Positions 6,796 to 11,152 of a stretch of 11,152 nucleotides of DNA are shown in pieces. Positions within the stretch are counted from its first letter, which is position 1. Each line of letters opens with the position of its first letter. This DNA comes from Promethearchaeota archaeon. GTDB lineage: Archaea; Asgardarchaeota; Lokiarchaeia; Sigyniarchaeales; SOKP01. The DNA lies in assembly GCA_048941265.1 (NCBI GenBank), contig JBHLNT010000036.1, positions 1 through 11,152 of the forward strand. Reading direction: 5' to 3'. The position numbers were made by a program, and so were the translations under genes. The notes beneath the pieces were generated by a model, which searched no databases, was not told where the DNA came from, and worked only from the letters and a program-made list of their open reading frames with translations.

Positions 6796-7995
6796 TTAAA
6801 TAATATATACCGAAATTTGATCTGGAATTTTCAATTTCTCTTCCTTATTCTTACAGGCAATAAATTGAATTTTCATATTAATTGAAATTGAAAGAAGTCG
6901 ATTAGTAAGAATCCCGTCAATAATTAAGAATTTAGTATCTTTATGGTCTCTGATTTTTTCGAATAATTCTCCAACTGGCATTTCAAATGTTTTATTAAGT
7001 TTTTTATCAAAGCCTATACTCAGACCATTTTCGATGGTATTTATAGCTTCTATAACATTGGTAGTATCCTTTACTTTATATTTCTTTAATATTTTATTTA
7101 GATTCTTAACTTTAGAATCAACTTCTTTTGTTTCTTTAGATTTTTCCGTATCATTCAATTCGTTTAATGGTTTTTTATTTTGTAAAGCCTTAATCATTTG
7201 CTTTCGAGTCAGTTCCTCTACCTCATAACCCTCTGGAGCTCGGGCTATGTAGTCTAATTTAGCAAGTTGAAGTAGTTCATTTAAAATTATGGTTCCTCCT
7301 CGATCACCATCTAAGAAAGCTGTAACGCTCGATTTTTTTTCAATCAAATCAATTATTGATTTTGGAACTTGAGTTCCTTGAACTGCAACAGTGTTTTTAA
7401 TTCCAATTCTTAATAAATTTAAAACATCAGCACGACCTTCCACAATAATAAGGTCCTCGCTATCATCAATTTCAGGACCCGCGGGGAGATTATCAGGTCC
7501 CCAAGATATAATTTCTCCTATTTTAATATCTGTATCAATTTTTTCCTCTATTTCACTTGATTCTAATGATTTAGAATCCCATTCTTTCAATAATTCTGCA
7601 GCTCGAGAAATTATTTGCTTTCTTTTAGTCTCTCTAACATCGCTTATTTCAATTAATTTTATTTCAGCTTCACAGGGTCCCACTCGGGAGACAGTTTCAA
7701 TCGTAGCAGCTAATAAAGCTGTTTCTTTTCTCGTCAACGAAGATGGGATTTTAATTATCCCTTCAGAAACTCCTTCTTTTGATTCATTTTCAACTTCAAT
7801 CCTCCCGATTCGACCTGATTTTTGAAGGTCTCGTAAATCAAGATCTAAAAGAAGCCCCTCTGTTTGCCCAAAAATAGCGCCTACGATATCCGACTTCTCA
7901 ACTACACCTTTAATTGTAAATTTAGCTTCAATTATATATTTTGTAGTGAAATCTGTTTGATTAGTAATCTTATTCACTTCCTTTTTATGTTTCAA
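6796..7995 (-). CDS. dnaG: Archaeal DnaG-type primase / exosome-associated protein (start codon uncertain)
   Basis: DIVGAIFGQTEGLL, LRDLQKSGRIGRI and RVGPC motifs; TOPRIM motifs IIVEGRADV and DGDRGG. Confidence 0.96.
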   Translation of the reverse strand: MKHKKEVNKITNQTDFTTKYIIEAKFTIKGVVEKSDIVGAIFGQTEGLLLDLDLRDLQKSGRIGRIEVENESKEGVSEGIIKIPSSLTRKETALLAATIETVSRVGPCEAEIKLIEISDVRETKRKQIISRAAELLKEWDSKSLESSEIEEKIDTDIKIGEIISWGPDNLPAGPEIDDSEDLIIVEGRADVLNLLRIGIKNTVAVQGTQVPKSIIDLIEKKSSVTAFLDGDRGGTIILNELLQLAKLDYIARAPEGYEVEELTRKQMIKALQNKKPLNELNDTEKSKETKEVDSKVKNLNKILKKYKVKDTTNVIEAINTIENGLSIGFDKKLNKTFEMPVGELFEKIRDHKDTKFLIIDGILTNRLLSISINMKIQFIACKNKEEKLKIPDQISVYII

Positions 7996-8419
7996 ACTTT
8001 TTTCAAAAAAATCAGAATTAACTTTTCAACTTGAAAATTCGAATTATAATCTCAACTTAAAATATTAGATGAATATTTTACTCAAAATGTTGAAATCATC
8101 CAATGAATTAAAATAAATTACTGAAGTAATAACCTTGATTTAGTAATTTATTCAGACAATAAATTTATAGTCTTTTTACAATTAAATTTTTAAATTTATT
8201 TGTGAATTTAATTAAATTTATGATATTTATTATTGGTGATTGTTATTTTATTTAATTGATTATAATTCCAATTTATACGTGTGATTAATAATTCTGATTT
8301 ATTTTTTTGATTTATTACGTATTATAATAATGATTGTAATAATATTATAATATAATAAAAAGCATATATTCTTTTCTATTACCAAAAAATTTGAAATTAG
8401 TTTTAGATTTATTATATAA

Positions 8420-8923
8420 TATCTTTATGTAAAAAGTTTAAAAAATGTGAAAATCAATGGAAAAGCATTTCTGATTGGTATGGTAATTTCCTGTATGTAC
8501 TTTTTTTTAGCGACGTTTACCACGAATATTAGGATGTTCTCATTGCGTGCTTTTATTGCAGGTGGGGGTGTTGGTATATAAAATGCCGCTAAATCTGTTT
8601 TTAGATTGCAAGCGCTTGATGATTCTATATTGAAACATGGTACACGTAAGGAAGCTTAATACAATTCCGTTAATGGTGTGATTAGATCAACTAGTACTGG
8701 AATAAAAGTAATGATTTTACTTCTTATTACAATATCTTTTGGCTATAATCTTACCCTTGGTACAAATAACACTGATTTTGCCAAATTCGGTTTATTATTC
8801 CAGATAACCAGTGCTTTAGCTATATTATGCTTAATTACAGGAATAGCTTTCTGGAAGCTTTTTGATATTTCACCAGATAAAGCCGAATCGATTAAAGAAA
8901 GTTTGCTAAAGCTCGGTCGTTAA
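8420..8923 (+). pseudogene. Degraded C-terminal fragment of an MFS transporter (GPH/MelB-like)
   Basis: One frame reads ...GKAFLIG...AFIAGGGVGI*NAAKSVFRLQALDDSILKHGTRKEA*YNSVNGVIRS...FWKLFDISPDKAESIKESLLKLGR, with TAA at 8579-8581 and 8657-8659. DDxxLKHGxRKEAxY resembles the GPH-family loop motif. The N-terminal half is absent. Confidence 0.75.
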
Positions 8924-8961
8924 ATTCTTAAATATTTATTCCATCTTTTCTTTTTTTTGTA

Positions 8962-9249
8962 ATGAAAAATTATGACAGAGTTAGACCACTTTTAAAAAAA
9001 AATCATATCATGACAGTAAGATCCCTATTTTTTAAAGAAATGAATTCAATAATTACTATGAGTCGTTATTGGAATAAAATTCTCATAGATAAACTTTTTG
9101 CTGATAATAAAGAGACCCGCGTCAAGTATAAACTGAATACTAAAATTGGGCGATTTTATTTTTATTTTAGGAGAGAAGAAAATTCTATGGTTTCCGGGAA
9201 ATTGGTTTTTTTTCCGGATGTTAATTCTCATAATATTAAAAAGACATAA
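8962..9249 (+). CDS. Hypothetical basic protein, 95 aa
   Basis: ATG-initiated ORF filling the gap between the MFS fragment and the ATPase. No recognisable motif. Confidence 0.55.
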   Translation: MKNYDRVRPLLKKNHIMTVRSLFFKEMNSIITMSRYWNKILIDKLFADNKETRVKYKLNTKIGRFYFYFRREENSMVSGKLVFFPDVNSHNIKKT

Positions 9250-9373
9250 TAAAAGCCTATTTCTAAATTCTTGTTAACCTATAGACTTTATTAAAATAAT
9301 CAGTTTTTTATTACATTCTTATTTTTATTCCATATTAATCTAGTTCGCAAAAAACGGAAATAAATTTTTTAAT

Positions 9374-10414
9374 ATGATTGAAAGGATCCTTATACTTGGA
9401 GGGAAAGGTGGTGTTGGAAAGTCATCTATAAGTGCTGCAACAGCAGTAGCTTTATCTGATTTGTTACCTAATAAAAAATTGCTTCTTATTTCATTCGATA
9501 TTGCGCATAATTTATCAGATATGTTTAATAAAGAAATTGGAGGCAAATTAACTCCCTTAACAAGTAATCTTTGGGGGATCGAACCAGATCCAGATGCTTA
9601 TGCTGAAGAATATACAAAAGTTTTTGCCAAGAAAATGAAAAAACTTCTGAAAAAAATGCCAATTGTAGGTTTAATTCCTCAGATTAAAGATTTCATCGAT
9701 ACTACCTTTACAGCCGATTCAATTCCATTAGCTTTAAAAAATGCTATGTTTTTTCAAAAAATTTTGGATGCAGAAGATACGATTTATAGAAAAGGCGATG
9801 AGGAAATAGATTTTGATATAATAATTGCCGATTTTCCTCCGACAGGTAACATGGTCGCGCTTTTTGATGTGCCTGAAGATACTGTAAAAGTTGTCTTAAA
9901 ATACTCTCTTAATTTTTATAACTCAGTAAGAGGTTCAATACAAGGAGTCTCAAGGATGTTTAAAAAAGTAATGCATCCGTTTGAACCTGTGTCTAGTCAA
10001 GAGAGTTTAGGGGAAGAACTTGTAAAAATGTTAACGGAACTCGAGGAGAGAGGGGAAAGAATTAGTCAATTGATACATAATGTTGGATCACTACGACTTG
10101 TAACTATTGCAGAAAAACCGAGCTTTGAAGAAATAAAAAGAGCCCGGGATTTAACTACAAAATACGTCAATCTTGAAGGGGTTCATATAAATATGTTAAT
10201 TCCAGAAGATCATGCAAAAACATGCGACTTTTGCGGAAAAGTGCATTCTTTACAGCAAAAGTATTTAGGAGATATCAAAAATGAGTTTATCAACACTAAA
10301 ATATGGCAGTCTAACAAACTTATTGAAGAACCTATTGGTTTCGAAGGACTAAGAAGGCTCGCCCGTGAGATTTATAACAACGCAAGTGCTCAAGAAATCT
10401 TATATCCAAGATAA
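9374..10414 (+). CDS. Single-domain ArsA/Get3(TRC40)-family ATPase
   Basis: Deviant Walker A GGKGGVGKSS, switch I-like DIAHNLSD, switch II-like DFPPTGN and C-terminal CxxC (CDFC). Confidence 0.9.
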   Translation: MIERILILGGKGGVGKSSISAATAVALSDLLPNKKLLLISFDIAHNLSDMFNKEIGGKLTPLTSNLWGIEPDPDAYAEEYTKVFAKKMKKLLKKMPIVGLIPQIKDFIDTTFTADSIPLALKNAMFFQKILDAEDTIYRKGDEEIDFDIIIADFPPTGNMVALFDVPEDTVKVVLKYSLNFYNSVRGSIQGVSRMFKKVMHPFEPVSSQESLGEELVKMLTELEERGERISQLIHNVGSLRLVTIAEKPSFEEIKRARDLTTKYVNLEGVHINMLIPEDHAKTCDFCGKVHSLQQKYLGDIKNEFINTKIWQSNKLIEEPIGFEGLRRLAREIYNNASAQEILYPR

Positions 10415-10568
10415 AAAAATAAGCTCCTTTAATTCTATCTATTTTAAGTTTTTTCAAATAATCCTCTTAGATTTTTAATTAAGCAAAATACAGCTCATTT
10501 TTAAGTTATAAATGAAAAATATTTAAAAACAGAAGATTTCCCATAAACCATCATTTTAAAATATAAAA

Positions 10569-11057
10569 ATGGTGAATCACATTAAAGATAAATTTCAATT
10601 AGTTGGTTCGAAAATACAAGAATTTGAATTACCAAATTCAAGAGGAGAAGTCGTCAATATCAGAGAATTTGAGAACAAAAAGAACGTTATTGTGGTCTTA
10701 TTTAGAGGTATTAGTTGACCATATTGCCGATGGCATGCCGCGAGACTACGAAAAGATCTAAAAAAGTTTGAAGAGTTAGATGGATACCTATATCCAATCA
10801 TGGCTGATAATGAGAAAAATGCTAAAAAAATGGAAGAAAAATATGCCCGAACATATCCCGTGTTTTACGATGAAACAAAAGAAGTTCCAAAATTATTAAA
10901 TCAAGAAATTAGACTTATTAAATTGGGTCGAATGCCGGGTTTACTAGTGGTTGACAAAAAAGGTATAATACAATACGCTTACTACGGAAAAAATATGCAT
11001 GATATTCCCGAAAATGACGAAATTATTGAAGTTTTGAAAAAAATTAATAAAAATTGA
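10569..11057 (+). CDS. AhpC/TSA peroxiredoxin-like selenoprotein (Sec at codon 50, TGA 10716-10718, UPYC motif), 162 aa
   Basis: Frame MVNHIKDKFQLVGSKIQEFELPNSRGEVVNIREFENKKNVIVVLFRGIS-U-PYCRWHAARL... continues in frame into the track's 10800-11057 ORF (VVDKKGIIQYAYYG). The only interruption is a TGA at the first position of the redox CxxC. Confidence 0.85.
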
Positions 11058-11147
11058 TTTGGTAGGAATAAAAAAGAAAACATAAATGACATTTTATTCT
11101 TTAAAGTTAGCCAAACTTGACCAAATCGAATCCTTATTTTTTATTTT
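11054..11147 (+). promoter_or_regulatory. Candidate SECIS / structured 3' UTR of the selenoprotein gene
   Basis: ATGAC (11086-90), AAA (11103-05) and CGAA (11127-30) at roughly SECIS-like spacing. An alternative three-way junction fold is also possible. Confidence 0.4.
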
Positions 11148-11152
11148 ATAAA

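Noticed and set aside
7034-7825. Plus-strand ORFs 7034-7228 and 7391-7825
   Set aside because: Antisense shadows within dnaG.
7996-8419. Replication origin in the AT-rich spacer, including palindrome AATTTAATTAAATT at 8205-8218
   Set aside because: No ORB-like repeats or G-strings and no adjacent cdc6/orc1. A/T-only palindromes are expected by chance here.
8678-8923. Stand-alone 81-aa membrane protein
   Set aside because: It is the tail of the MFS pseudogene; family-like sequence continues upstream through stop codons.
9046-10801. Minus-strand ORFs 9046-9231, 9340-9546 and 10595-10801
   Set aside because: They overlap better-supported plus-strand genes and have no recognisable features.
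10800-11057. Stand-alone 85-aa ORF in the track
   Set aside because: It is the in-frame C-terminal half of the TGA-containing redoxin starting near 10569 and lacks the active site on its own.
604-11057. Genome-wide reassignment of TGA
   Set aside because: All other conserved genes are intact under the standard code and use TGG for Trp. The only internal TGA is at a redox Cys position.

Overview
AT-rich archaeal chromosomal window. Gene content and sequence style suggest an Asgard archaeon, probably Lokiarchaeia (inference). The left two-thirds is a conserved translation and protein-targeting cluster. On the minus strand: tRNA-Gly(TCC) with an intron at non-canonical position 53/54, nep1, rnp4 (Rpp21) and yhbY. 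Divergently on the plus strand: rps19e, PDCD5-like, rpl39e (missed by the ORF track), rpl31e with a long acidic N-terminal extension, eif6, rpl18a (LX), pfdA, ftsY and secE. Then come an OsmC-family gene, a convergent archaeal dnaG, an AT-rich spacer, a decayed MFS (GPH/MelB-type) fragment, a hypothetical ORF and a single-domain ArsA/Get3-like ATPase. The main hidden feature is a probable AhpC/peroxiredoxin-like selenoprotein (10569-11057) with an in-frame TGA in a UxxC motif, followed by a structured 3' region that may be a SECIS. Also noted: two similar stem-enclosed non-coding elements at the 5' end that share a 14-nt core (candidate small RNAs).
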